Shown: one piece after another, positions 1-12,065 of the stretch
How positions within the stretch are numbered: the stretch's first letter is position 1
Layout of the letters: each line of letters opens with the position of its first letter
Notes under the pieces: generated by a model
The model's input: the letters and a program-made list of their open reading frames with translations, nothing else
What the model was told of the DNA's origin: nothing
The model's database searches: none
Made by a program: the position numbers and the translations under genes
Assembly (NCBI GenBank): GCA_047495785.1
Contig: JBLDXI010000017.1
Location: 3,224,001 to 3,288,000 of the forward strand
From: Lepidodermella squamata
Lineage: Eukaryota; Animalia; Gastrotricha
Direction: 5' to 3'
DNA: 64,000 bases

Positions 1-2517
1 AAAAACCAAGGCAGGCGGCGGCTGTTGCAATTGTTGCGACAGGGCAGAGCGCGCGCGCGTTCTGTGGTGTCATTATAGCTTACTACCAAAACCGCGCTGC
101 CTTAATAATATCATCATTATTAGGTAGGTTTTGTCCGATGCGCGCATCGCCATTGCGCAGAGTGTTTTGCCGCCACAGCGTTGCACCGGCTAGAGCGGAA
201 GGCGAACCTCATCGTGAACGCAGCCAAAAAGAACGTATTAGTCGAGCCGTCGAGAGGCTAGATGGTAACAACTAGCGTCAAAACCCTGTGACGCCACTTC
301 GCTAGCAGTGGACGGCTCAGGTGAGTTGGCGGCGATAACCCCGAAACAACGGCGGCTCACTTTCTGCCGCGCTCGACTAATAGCTCGGCGCTCGAATTAG
401 CCTTCCTATCTCCTCAGCCTATAACGGGTATCACAGTCGTTCATTCTCGCATTAAGAGGCTATATGAAAGAAAAGCGTCGTTTGTTGAACGTGCGACAGC
501 TCACCGGTTGCGGCGAAAAACGGCACGTGAAAAAACACCGGCGGAACACCTGGCGGCGGTGGCGGCTTTATTATTTTAAACCCAAACATCGTTGCAAACA
601 AAGCCGCGCGTTTTGTTATTTTACGCTAAAAAGCGCGACGATGGCGATGCATACGTGAGAAATGGTCGCAAACACGGCCGGGCGATGCCCATTGCCGTTG
701 CAAATCCGCTGCAATTGTCGACATTATCCGCAAAAATTGACAGGCCGTAACAGTTGCGATGAAAAACGGCAGCGTCCGCGTGAAAAAAATAACATGGAAT
801 GGTATATCACGGAGACAATAATATTAACGCAAGGCGAGATTGTTGGTGATGAAAGAAAAGCAAGGCGCTTTTTCAATTAACTCGTACGTGTCTTGTGGCG
901 TGGTCAAGAAAATGTCGCCGTCGCCTTCTTGCCCAGCGAGAGAGCTATCACTGTTGAGTGCATGCGTGCGACGCCATGTTTCTAGGGCAATTCATCGGCT
1001 TTAGCGCCAATGTGACTTGTAATAATATTGTGATTAGCGCTGAAATGTAGCTGTTACAAAACGCGGTGGCATCAGTGCGATCGAGCAATAAACACGGTCT
1101 TGTAAAATAATTCTGACATCGCAGCAGAAGCCGCAAGCGCATCGTTTATGTAACAAAATCACCTCAGTTGACCCCGGCGCGTAAAAAGCGGCACCGCGCG
1201 CTGGCCCCGCCGCCATCGCGCGGGGACACACAGCCGTCGCAATATAAATTAGTAGGCCGTGTCGCACCATATGAGGAAGGTATCAATCGGTTCACACTTT
1301 AAACACGAGGCTCATTAACGGTCTAATCGCACGCAAAACGCTCGCGCTTGTACACAAAATTTTTGCATTGCAAATCGGCGCCCAACAGCTTTAGGTGCAT
1401 TTCGGCTAGGTGCTGCCGGGCCAACGCCTAATATCGGCCAGAAATAATGTGGAACCTATCCGCGACCAAAACTAATAGCGACAAATCAAGCCTGTCGACA
1501 ATTAGTATTCCTTCTTATTTAGACCGAGACTCTTCTCAACTGACCGCATTTTAGGCAAGGTAATAATAAAATCACAATCTATTAAGCAAACATATATATT
1601 GGTAATTAAAACGAAAGGCTAGGGTAATTTGTTGCGTGTTTGGCTTATTGCGGTTTTTCATCTTAAAATTTCATGAGAGGGCGTCTGAAATTAATAAATA
1701 ATGACAATTCGGCTGAAGAAAAGTGATCAGCTAAGGTTAACCCGGCGCGTGCCTCTGAGTGATGCCGAAGCACGCAATATCTCGATTGGAACTCGAAAAA
1801 CAGGTTACACGATTTGTTTACAAGCCGAATAAACGTTGTAATAAGTCAACAGTATGAAATGTTTATTGTTCTCTGGTATATATCAGGTAAAATTTCTCAT
1901 CAAATTTTTTTTACTGTTTATAGCGTCAATTTTCCGTAGATTATTAATACGTTAGCATTTTGTAACATAAGATGAGCACAATTTTATTCAGAAGATATTG
2001 TCATCTTTCTTCAACATAATCCTGTGGACTTGTTCTTTAACTCTTGATAACAATATCCCGATGAAAAGTGGTACTTGTTTTTGTTTATATTACTCTACTA
2101 AATATTAGTTGAGAATCTGTTATATATACAATAGCACACGGAGATTTCAGCTAATTTGATGATGAAATAAAATAAACAGTTTTTCCTGTTTTTCTTTTGC
2201 GATAATATAATAATTTTTTATTTCTACAAGAGAGTAATTAAGAATGAAAGCATCGCGCGCCACCATCAAATCACACGTGACTTCACTGTACAGATTTCAT
2301 CGGCTCAGTTCAAAAATTATTTCGAATGACAAACAAAGTGAAAGCAGAACCAAACGCCGTGAATATCGGTTTTTCACAAGAGAGTCCACCATCCGTCTCT
2401 GAGTTCATTCTGCACAAAGGACAACGAGCTTTTATCGACTAGAAGAACCCGATCTCACGTTTCGTCGAAATTTGCAATATTAAAATTATGATAGTCAATT
2501 TTTGTATGAATCCCCGA

Positions 2518-3790
2518 TCAATCTTCTTTGCGGACGAGGCTGCTGTCGATAAAAGTGCTGTCGCTTTCATCGGTCAGCAGCAGATCGTCGTCGATCCGAG
2601 ATTGCTTGGTCAGCTGGCCCTTGACTGCGAGCACGGGCGAAGATTCGGCCGAGGATGAGCTCATCGAAGGCAACGAAGTCGAGTCTGACGAGGCGAGGCC
2701 GGAGTCGGACAGCTCGTCCTTTGGCAGGCGCTTCACACGCGAGTGGATTCCAACAGCTGGATCGGTAGCGAAATCGAACAGAACTTTTGTCCACGAGCGG
2801 TAACTCGGTAGATTTTCGTAAAATTCAGGCGCTGTCTTCGTGACAGCAGGCAGAAGCCGACCGGGCACATTCGGGAAATCGTGATGCTCGTTGTGATAAC
2901 CGACGTTGTACGTTAGGAAGTTCAGCGGCCCGTAATACGAATAGGTCTCAATACCCTTCACGAACATGTAATGCTCAGCGATGAAATGGCCTGAAATCGG
3001 GTGAAATCCATAACCGAACAAGGTCCCAGCAATCAAGTAGACGATCGATTTCCATGAGCCGATATAAATCAACGCGGCATTGAAAGCAAACTAAAAAATA
3101 CAGAAAATCAATTGAAATTCGACTTGACATTACCGGTGAACAAACCTGAACCAAGACGTTTTGGACTTCAAAACGAGTAACAGGACGAGGGTAGGCAAAC
3201 AGGGGTCTCAAACTGTAGAAAAAGGGCTGAAGAGACATCCAAACGAGTTTGCCGATAGTTGAGCGGAACAGTCGAGCTTCGAATTGCGTCGGCAAGTCAG
3301 CGTCTAGTACTGAATTGCCTTGATATTTGTGATGTTCGAGGTGGTACTTTTTGAACGAAGATGCAGCTGGCAGGCCGATCGGCAAGTTGGCGATCCACGC
3401 CAGCCATCTGTTCGCCGTACAGTGAAGGAAGCCGAATGCGAGGTTGTGGCTCAGTTCGTGCATAGCCAGGGCTAGGGAGTGGTTGCAAGTTCCGCCGATG
3501 CAGTAGGCAGCCAGCAGGAGAGGGCCCCAGTCGGCAGATCGCATGATCCACGCGACTGTGATTTGAATAACGACGAGACTCGCCACCCAGTAGCTCAGCG
3601 TCCAGTCCGAGCCCATCAAACTGCGTAGTTTTGGTGCATAATCTTTGGCTTAAATTACAAATTTAGGTAACAATAAAATGTCTCAAATTAATCGCTTACT
3701 CAGCATAATTTTACGACGAGTGGCATGAGGTTCGTCCGTTGTAACCCATTCAAAATCCTGTTGTGGCTGCTCAACTCTGGCAGCTACCAT
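2518..3790 (-). CDS. DEGS1: Sphingolipid delta(4)-desaturase (DES1/DEGS family), 3 exons
   Basis: Exon 1 [30 protein letters not shown] matches the DES1 N-terminus; His boxes HELSH, HLEHH, HNEHH; [10 protein letters not shown]; introns about 3649-3699 and 3091-3146. Confidence 0.93.
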
Positions 3791-5883
3791 TTTATCGAAA
3801 AAAATGAACCGGACACTAAAAACAGGGAAAGTTGAAATATAATAAAATTAGGTGAACAGCAAAATGCGTCTTGATCAAGAGAAATGCAATCGAACAGCTG
3901 CTTTGCGAGTGTGCGTGCGTTCAATGAGAAGCAAAAACATAAAAAATGTTACGAATAAGCCACGCCACATTGGCACGCGCTTATGAAACCAGCAGCTGAC
4001 CTCATTCACAAAGCTGGCTCAGCGGGAAATTTCAGCTCAGTTTGACAAAAACACAGCTCGGAAGTCACGTTTTTACCAACCACTGTTTGCTGCCAAAATC
4101 GATGACTCGATAGTGATTTTCCATCAAGCCGGGCAGGCTGGTAAATAAGCCGGTTTTTCTTCAAATAATAATGCAGAATAAATACCTGCAAGCGCAGCGA
4201 GGCAAACTCGAAGTAAGAAGAAGAAAATTATAAACATGGAAGGCGAAGTTTTTGCTGAGATCCAGCATTTTATAGAACACGACAGGTGTATTTATCGTGC
4301 TACGACGTGCCCTTGAAATAATAGGCGAATGCAAGCCAAGCATTGCTGTCCCGGAAAAAAAACTACCATAACAAGATCAGCACGACTAATTAGAATAATT
4401 ACTGAATGGCGACTGAGACAAAGCATAATAGCATTCAGGGTGATGCTTTCGAAGCCTACATTTTAGCAGCCTCGCCTTTAATTATTTTGCATAAATGGCT
4501 GTTGCTGCTGCCGCTGCTGCCATCTAACAAAAGCCGAAATTAATAATTAAGAGGCAGAAAAGTTGCGTCATGGCAGCTCCTTTGTTTGGCGCCATGGGTC
4601 TCGCATTTTGCATCAAGCAATACGCTAGTCCAACACTGTGCACCTGCCTAAATATCGATGCTGTCTGGACGACGGCAATTCGCTCACGTGGGGTAGTAAA
4701 TGATAGAATAGCTTGTAGAATTTTTAAGCACGATTTGGCATTCATTTCGGCAATATTTCCTTGCGCTTTACGCGTGGAGAATGCCTTTCCGTCAAAGCTT
4801 AGTACCGCACTTTTATTGCTTTATTGATAAATAATGAGAATACAAGAACGAGTACTTTAGGTTCCATATTTTGAAACTGACGAATAACTAGAAGAGAAAT
4901 AAAATATAAAATAAAATAAAAAAATTAGTCATCGGTTTGAAAACATTGAGGAGCTTTGAAAAATGGATAGGATAAATCGTGCATGCATCTCAGAGAAGCA
5001 AGAATTTTCAATTTTCAGCAGGGCAAAGATGCATTTTTTCTGCGAATTAAGTATGAGCCAGACTGTGGGGCTTAATCAGCTTACTCAATCGCAGCATTAT
5101 TATGCAACAGATTGTCTGAAAATAAAGAGTATTGAAATGAAAAAATCAAATTAATTGGGTTGTTGCCGATTTTCCCATAAATTCTCCTGCTATTTTGATA
5201 CCTATACTGCTAATACCTCTTTCTTCACAACTAGTCACTTAATTCAGGGAATTTATCTCTTTTAATAAGGAAATACATATAGACAACCTAATTTGGCCAT
5301 TGGCTATAACCCCGAAGCTGATATTAGTAAGTCGCCGTGATTTTTTAGTACTTGCAGCCGGTAATTGCGCCGGATTACTCTCGTAAGGTACCTTTGGTCG
5401 TATTAAGAGGCTGAATGGGATTATAGTATTCGGTCAGTGCTTCGTTTTACATAGGTAAATATTTAAATCGACTATTTTTGCAATACTGCATACAGAGCGG
5501 AGAAAAAACTATAGACATATGCGAGCAATTACGATAAAGCCTTCCTACGATGCAGCACAGCATTCTCTAGCTTTTTATGTGTTCCTAGACTGTCATATTC
5601 GAGTGCCTGCAGTAAGCGGAGCACATCACGATATTGTTTGATATAAAAGCTCACAGGTGAGCACGCGCGAAATATCGATGAAACGCTTTCGCGCAGTATC
5701 ACTCAACTGAGGCTAAGACACACGTGAAAAGTCAAATTAAAGCTATGTTTTTTTTAAACATTATTATTATAACATCCGCTTCAAGTCAATTTTCAGAAAT
5801 TTATTAATGACAGATGTTCTAGCTTCTTGAGCTTGAGCTTGTTTGAAATTCGCGTCAAACATTTGGAATAATTACTCGCCGGA

Positions 5884-6486
5884 TCATGACGCGTAGGGTA
5901 GGTGAGGTTCATAAATAACAGATGATGAGGAAATTATGACGGTAAAATAAGAGTCTTTTGCTGCCAGAGCAAAATTTGGAATAGGCCTCGTGACAGTTGC
6001 AGAACGTGATAGGTCGTCTGAGAACTTTTCAGCAATTTGTGCCATCTCTTTAGATAGGACGTGATCGCCTTTGATTATCTTACGCTCGAGAAAATTGTCA
6101 TCAGCTCGGCGACCTTCAATATTATATTTTCCACGCATCCCATCTCCACGTAGTTTTTTTATTATTTGATCATTAACATCGATTCTCTTCGGCTTTAAAT
6201 AGGGTTCATCGCCCGGCAGGGGAATAATTTTCGTTTGGGAACCCCAAAAGTTTTCGTAAACAGCGAAGCCTACAATTGCAATCACGGCTCCGAGGAGCGC
6301 GCCAAGTGTCGCTTTACCAAATCCTTTCAAGCCGTAGTCATGTGTATCGAAATCGAAACAACAGCCAACGTACGGTTTGTTCTCCAGCATGTCGTAGTCA
6401 GGTTTCGCACCGGCTGAACACTGCAGAAACTGAGCTTCCAGGACGATGCAGCAGAGAAATACAGCTAATCTAGCGGGGCGCGTCAT
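5884..6486 (-). CDS. Orphan predicted single-pass membrane protein, tandem paralog A
   Basis: Intronless 200-codon ORF with signal-peptide-like N-terminus, VGCC, a hydrophobic segment, and clear protein-level similarity to 6882-7466. Confidence 0.75.
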   Translation of the reverse strand: MTRPARLAVFLCCIVLEAQFLQCSAGAKPDYDMLENKPYVGCCFDFDTHDYGLKGFGKATLGALLGAVIAIVGFAVYENFWGSQTKIIPLPGDEPYLKPKRIDVNDQIIKKLRGDGMRGKYNIEGRRADDNFLERKIIKGDHVLSKEMAQIAEKFSDDLSRSATVTRPIPNFALAAKDSYFTVIISSSSVIYEPHLPYAS

Positions 6487-6881
6487 ACGGATGGTCTCGA
6501 TCCCCAACAAAATCTAGATAAACAAATCATGAGATCATCAGGATTGGAACTCGATCATAGGCCAGATGATAGAAATTAACTTTGCAAATACCTATTGCTA
6601 ATATTAAGGTGGAAGTTTTTTTTATAATGCGAACATAAATTTTTCGAGTCAAAGCACCATAGTTTTTTTTTAAATATCATGTTTTATTTGGGTAAGCACT
6701 ATAGTTCGATTCCCAAAATTGCTTATTAGACTACGACACATATGCTGTGTAAAAGTTTTATTTGCATTTATTTTGCGAATGATGAAAAAAGTTTTTGCGG
6801 TTATATTCTATAGCATACGCTATCTATGCGATAGTCAGCTATAAATCAGCTGAAATGTTACATCATTTGTTTTATTTTTGA

Positions 6882-7466
6882 TCATGACGTGTCGGCTAGG
6901 TGTGGTTCATAAATAGCAGATGATGAAATGATGACGGTAAAATAAGCGTCTTTGGCTGCTAGATCGATCTTTGGAATAGGCCTCGTGACGCTCGCAGAAC
7001 GCGAAAAGTCGTCTGAGAACTTGTCTGCAATTGGTGTCATGTCTTTAGCTAGGTCGTTGTCGCTCTCGATAATCTTACGTGCCAGCGAATTGTCATCAGC
7101 AAGGCGGCCTTCAACAGAATTTTGCTGTCTTAGCCCATCCCCAAGTAGCTTCAACATTCTGTAATCATTATCGATTTTCTTCGGTTTCATATAGGGTTCG
7201 TCTGCCGGCAAGTAAATCATTGTCGGCTTCCGAACTGCCTCGCTAATAGCGAAAATTCCGACGATGAAAATGGCTCCAAGGAGCGACCCAAATAGTGTTC
7301 CAAGGGCTCCTCTCCATGTACGGTCAAAGGTACCACTCAAACAACAGCCAACGTTCGGGTCATTTTCTACTATGTCGGAGTCAGGTAGCGAACCAGCTGA
7401 ATAACATTGCGGAAATTGAGCTTTCAGGATGATAAAGCAGAAAAATAAAGCCAATTTGCGCTTCAT
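6882..7466 (-). CDS. Orphan predicted single-pass membrane protein, tandem paralog B
   Basis: Shares VGCC, DEPYxKPKxID, EGRxADDNxLxRKII, KFSDDxSRSAxVTRPIP, AAKDxYFTVIISSS and IYEPHL with paralog A; frame preserved in both. Confidence 0.75.
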   Translation of the reverse strand: MKRKLALFFCFIILKAQFPQCYSAGSLPDSDIVENDPNVGCCLSGTFDRTWRGALGTLFGSLLGAIFIVGIFAISEAVRKPTMIYLPADEPYMKPKKIDNDYRMLKLLGDGLRQQNSVEGRLADDNSLARKIIESDNDLAKDMTPIADKFSDDFSRSASVTRPIPKIDLAAKDAYFTVIISSSAIYEPHLADTS

Positions 7467-8145
7467 TCCTTCACTGATCTTGATCCCCAATAAAATCAAT
7501 AGATCCTTAGATCATCAACACCGTTAGCTTCATTTCAAAACCTGAGATCAACTTCCAAATCGTCAACTTCCAAAACATTGTTAAGGTGGAAGTTTTTTAA
7601 TCATTATTCGCGACAAAATCGTTGTTTATCTAAATTTCAGCATCCACGCGATTTTTAGCTAAAATCAGCTGCGAATTCCTACGCCATTTTATTGTGATCG
7701 CGTTCCATTTTTTTCTTGATTTTGTTTTTCATATTATTTCGATAAAGAGTAAAAGGCTTAATCGGATGGAAACATCGTCGTTCATTTTTTCAAACCAACT
7801 CTTCTCACGACGAGAGAAGGGTTTCCCTGTTAAGACACATATAGGAATATTCCTATCTCGTTTCGGACGTTTATATTACCATTAGGATTGTTTAGTAAAA
7901 TTTTCATAGCTACAGCCGGCGTCACAGCTGGACACACACTATACGTTGACAAGGATTGGCATGAAAACATTAGATGTATAGCCCACTAGTGTTTTTTAAC
8001 TTATTTACTACGGTCCGCTTTAACTTTTTCACTCGACCAAATTGGTGAAAAAAATATAGGAGGCAAGGTCTTACGATTGAGTTCAAAGGTCAAAGAGCAC
8101 TTGACACTATCATTTTCGTTATTCTAGATTCATTTTAATTGAAAC

Positions 8146-9414
8146 ATGACTGAGCTATCCAATCCGCACAAGGTCGCCTTAATCGTCGGCATCGGCAGCA
8201 GGCGAAGCATTGCCCTGGCGAAATTGCTGTCGCGTGACGACAACAACTACCAGGTTCACGCTCTAGTCCAATGGCAAGACGTTGAGCGCCTTCGACAACT
8301 GCTGGCAGATAGCAATGTACGTGTGATGCTTCACACCCCGAATATGAGCGACTCGAACGAGCTGGTCGAACTTTTTCGAGACGAACTATTTGACTCGGGC
8401 AAATTTGGTGAGTTGAAAGAAAATTTCGTAATTTTCAATTCTCATGTTCCATTTACAGAGGTATACAATCTGATCAATAGCAGCTCCCAGCCATCTAGCT
8501 CTGACGATTCCAACTTGATTACCTTGCGTGTGCTTGAGGCATTACGGCTTGCTGGTCTTGCGGGGAAGGCCCGGTATTTCCAGGAGCAGCGCATCACCGA
8601 CGTGAGCAGTTTGCTGGTTCAACAATCGCCCGAAAAGCCGTGCCGCTTTGACACCCCTAACTCGTGCTCAAAACTCTTCTCATTCCGAACCGTGCGCCAT
8701 TACCGAGAAAATCACGGTTTCTTCGCCGTAAATGGGTCATTCCTGGAAAAGGTTCTCGCTTGCGATGAAGAGCACCCGGCTTCAATGTTTGTTGACGACA
8801 TTTGCCAACGCCTGGCCTTAGAGCTTGCCGATGTTAAACGAGGCGGACGTAAAACGGCTCATCTGGAGTTGCACGATAATGAAACCACTGGGGCTGTTAG
8901 TTTGGATGCTATATTAGACCGAAGTTACGAATGGTCGCACCCTGATGATCTGGCTGAGTTGACGTGGCTGGCTCTGCAAAGCAATGACACCGCTAAGGCC
9001 GATTTCTTTTATGCTACTCGCCAACACTACTCTTTGCGCAATTTCTGCGAAGAGGCTTTGTCGCAAATCAATGGAAAATCGCCGATCAATTGGTCTTCAG
9101 CTACAAATGGCCAAATCACCGCCAATGTCGGAAATAGCGGCATTGTTCTCCACATCAAAAGTGCTCATGATCTGCTGCCAACATCTGGTGGTCCTGATGG
9201 TAGTTATGATAGCTTCAAGTTGGCCGATGAAGAAGCTAGAAAAACTTGGGCATTTTTCAATAATTGGAAGCCGAAGCATGACTTCTCACACATCGTTGCG
9301 GAGTATATGAAATACGCTGAATTGCAACTTTCGCGCTCTGATCCCCGAGTTTTCGAACCGAATCCTGATGTTCCTGTCAATGTTGCAGCCAATCTAATTG
9401 ATTTGGAGGAGTAA
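8146..9414 (+). CDS. Divergent GDP-mannose 4,6-dehydratase-like extended SDR, probably catalytically inactive
   Basis: Colinear with GMDS: KVALIVGI, YQVHALV, EVYNL, TLRVLEALRLAGL, YRENHGFFAVNG, EWSHPDD, TWLALQ, YSLRNFCEEA; probable 51-nt in-frame intron 8408-8458. Confidence 0.8.
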   Translation: MTELSNPHKVALIVGIGSRRSIALAKLLSRDDNNYQVHALVQWQDVERLRQLLADSNVRVMLHTPNMSDSNELVELFRDELFDSGKFGELKENFVIFNSHVPFTEVYNLINSSSQPSSSDDSNLITLRVLEALRLAGLAGKARYFQEQRITDVSSLLVQQSPEKPCRFDTPNSCSKLFSFRTVRHYRENHGFFAVNGSFLEKVLACDEEHPASMFVDDICQRLALELADVKRGGRKTAHLELHDNETTGAVSLDAILDRSYEWSHPDDLAELTWLALQSNDTAKADFFYATRQHYSLRNFCEEALSQINGKSPINWSSATNGQITANVGNSGIVLHIKSAHDLLPTSGGPDGSYDSFKLADEEARKTWAFFNNWKPKHDFSHIVAEYMKYAELQLSRSDPRVFEPNPDVPVNVAANLIDLEE

Positions 9415-12065
9415 AGCTGCGCATTACCCGGCAAAATCATCTGATGAAAGCACTTTTTTCGGACTCTTTTTTTCCTTCTTTGTCGCTTTTTAACGGCATA
9501 TAAAAGCGAAATAAAATTAGACAAAATGTATGACCAAAACTTTTCTTTATTTTGGCTGCCTCTTTGATTTTGAACCTGTTTACAATTATATCGATGAAAA
9601 ATAGCTGCTACAAAATTATTTCATATTTGCACGCTGGTAAATGAGGCGGAACCGACTCTAGCTAACGCAATGCGTGATCCATGTTAGCATATATAGGCTC
9701 TTGTTGCTCTTTATTCCCGCAATGTGTAGACGGAACTTTTCAACCATCCACACAACTGCGAATGTTCAGATTGCGAGCAAGAGATATCGGAGCTTCGATT
9801 CATACGAGTAACAGCAGAATTTTGAGAGCAAATGGCTAAAAAACGTACATATATTACACCGAACCGGCTCTTAAGCTGCACGAGTTAACGTAAACGAAAC
9901 TAATTTCTGCCGCTCTTGAGCTGCCATCTGCGGTGTTTTTTTCCGCCCGCCCGCTATGGCTAATGTGCGCTGCGTGTCTTGGATATCTCGGAATCGCGCT
10001 CATTTCCAAGCGTGTTACTACCTTCAAGCAAAAAATGAGGCTAAAACATATTGCACAAGGCGGAGTTGCTTAGGAACTAAAACAACCCGATGCCGTTTTA
10101 CCTGAATATAGACGCTCATGCTGACATACCCTCAACCGCAATGCCGCGCCACCGTAAGATGCGTTTTATTATGATATTCTCAATAATGGCTGCATTTGAA
10201 GATGGCGCGCCTTCCTAAGACTGCTATGTTCTATTACCGCCAAAATAAACAGCTCTCTGCGCGTTTATGAAGCCGGCTCAAAGTATCCTGTACTTGAAAT
10301 TTTCGTTCCGTTATTTGCCATCTCAGCTTCGTATAGCGCACATAGCCGTTGATTTCTTTTGACTGTATAGTTAACCTATATGGGTGGCATGATGGGTGGC
10401 GTCAAGATATAATATTTAACGGGGTACCAGCCTAGTCCAGTATAATAATGACCAAATATTCAAACGTTGCTCTCTCTGAAGTAGTTGCCTTTTGTATTAG
10501 GCACAGGTTTCTGTGTGTATTTTGTGCTGCGACATGCTATTTTAGGTATAGATATCAATTCACCCATTCAGGTTTAAGTAACCCATTTAATATAGGATTT
10601 ATGTCGTAATTCATTAGCCTTGTTTCACCCAACTATATAAAGCTCCTTCGCAATATGCTATCAAATAATATCCTGATTGCCTAAATATTTCTAAAAATAT
10701 TTTGTTTTTTTGCTGCGCGCTATAATTCTCAGAACACTGAAAGGAACGATCGCTCGTAAGCATTTTAATTTTCGTCGATATTAAAAAACGACATTCTACA
10801 TTTTTCGTTAAATTTAATTTTCATAAAAACTTGAGCCTTTAGATTCTCCAAGAATGATTATTTATTAGCTGCAAATTTGTTTTCCGTCTCTTGAGCCTTT
10901 TATATTTTTTCAGCGCTAAATATGAGACGAGATGTTGCCAGATGCAGCTTGTTGGAAAAAAGGGCGATCGATGAGAATAAAAAAAGATCGGAGTAATATT
11001 TAATTCCCAGCATTACTATAAAATATTATTGAATTCGAATTCGCTGCTTACATTATTAACGCACAGCGCCGAAGTTTTTTTACACGCGCAGCGCATGCAG
11101 TTTCTTACTCGCAAGCTGCTTTTTAGATGATTGCTTTCATTGTTCAGCGGGAAATCTATATACTATACTACTAGGCAAACTATGTATATGCGCAGCCTAT
11201 AGCACGAGCGATCGACTGCAATGTACGCACAATTCCGCTATCAATTTTTGCATGATGCGTAATGTGGTTTTTTGTAAAAACTGACCCCAATAGCCGCGCA
11301 CGTGCGAAGTAAAATACAAGCGCGAGGTGATCGTGGCTTCTACGTGTCCAAGCAAGCGCGGCGGCGCTTTAAAAATAAAATAACCACTGCGCGGTCTTTG
11401 CATCATTTATTAGTCGATACAGACGTCGTCGCGCTTTTCGATAAATATCCATGACCGGCGGCTGTAATGAAAACCTTTTTTTTAATACACTTTGTAGCAT
11501 TAAAATCGCATATAAGAAGAAACACGAATATGATTCCGCTATATGAATAGCTATTTAATAACTAGTCTGCTATATGCTTTCATCCAGAGAAATCTCGTTT
11601 ATAATAGGCCCATTGAAATGCTCAATTTTTATCCTAGTACATATTTTTTAACGAAATATAAAAGCAGGCGGTAGATGGGTTATGAGGTGAATAAATTAGT
11701 CGATGGGGAGGGAGATGTGCGCGAACTTTTTTGCCTTTGTTTGCTACTCGGCGAGCCGCCGACTCCGACGTGAGTATAAGAAGGGAGATATGAAGAGGGG
11801 ACAAAATCAATATTCATTTGCTGTTTTATAGTATTTCGATGCATCACATCTATGATGTACGCGCGGCTTCTCAAGATTTTCATCAGTGTCTAATAGCAGC
11901 AGCGACAGGGAAAATATGAATTTTTATATGCTACTTGAGCCTTCCCATACTATTTTGGCATGTCGCGGGTACATTCTGCTAGGTACCTTAATCTTATTTT
12001 TTAGTAATTTATCTAGGTATTTTTAACTAAAAACACGTGTTTTAGAATATTCGTCTCATCGTTAT

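Noticed and set aside
1-2450. Short ORFs and CG-rich tracts at the window start
   Set aside because: No recognisable protein, splice chain or RNA structure; probably regulatory or intergenic
5895-5960. FTVIISSSSVIY resembling an SDR beta-strand motif next to the GMDS-like gene
   Set aside because: Too short, at the C-terminus, and no Rossmann fold
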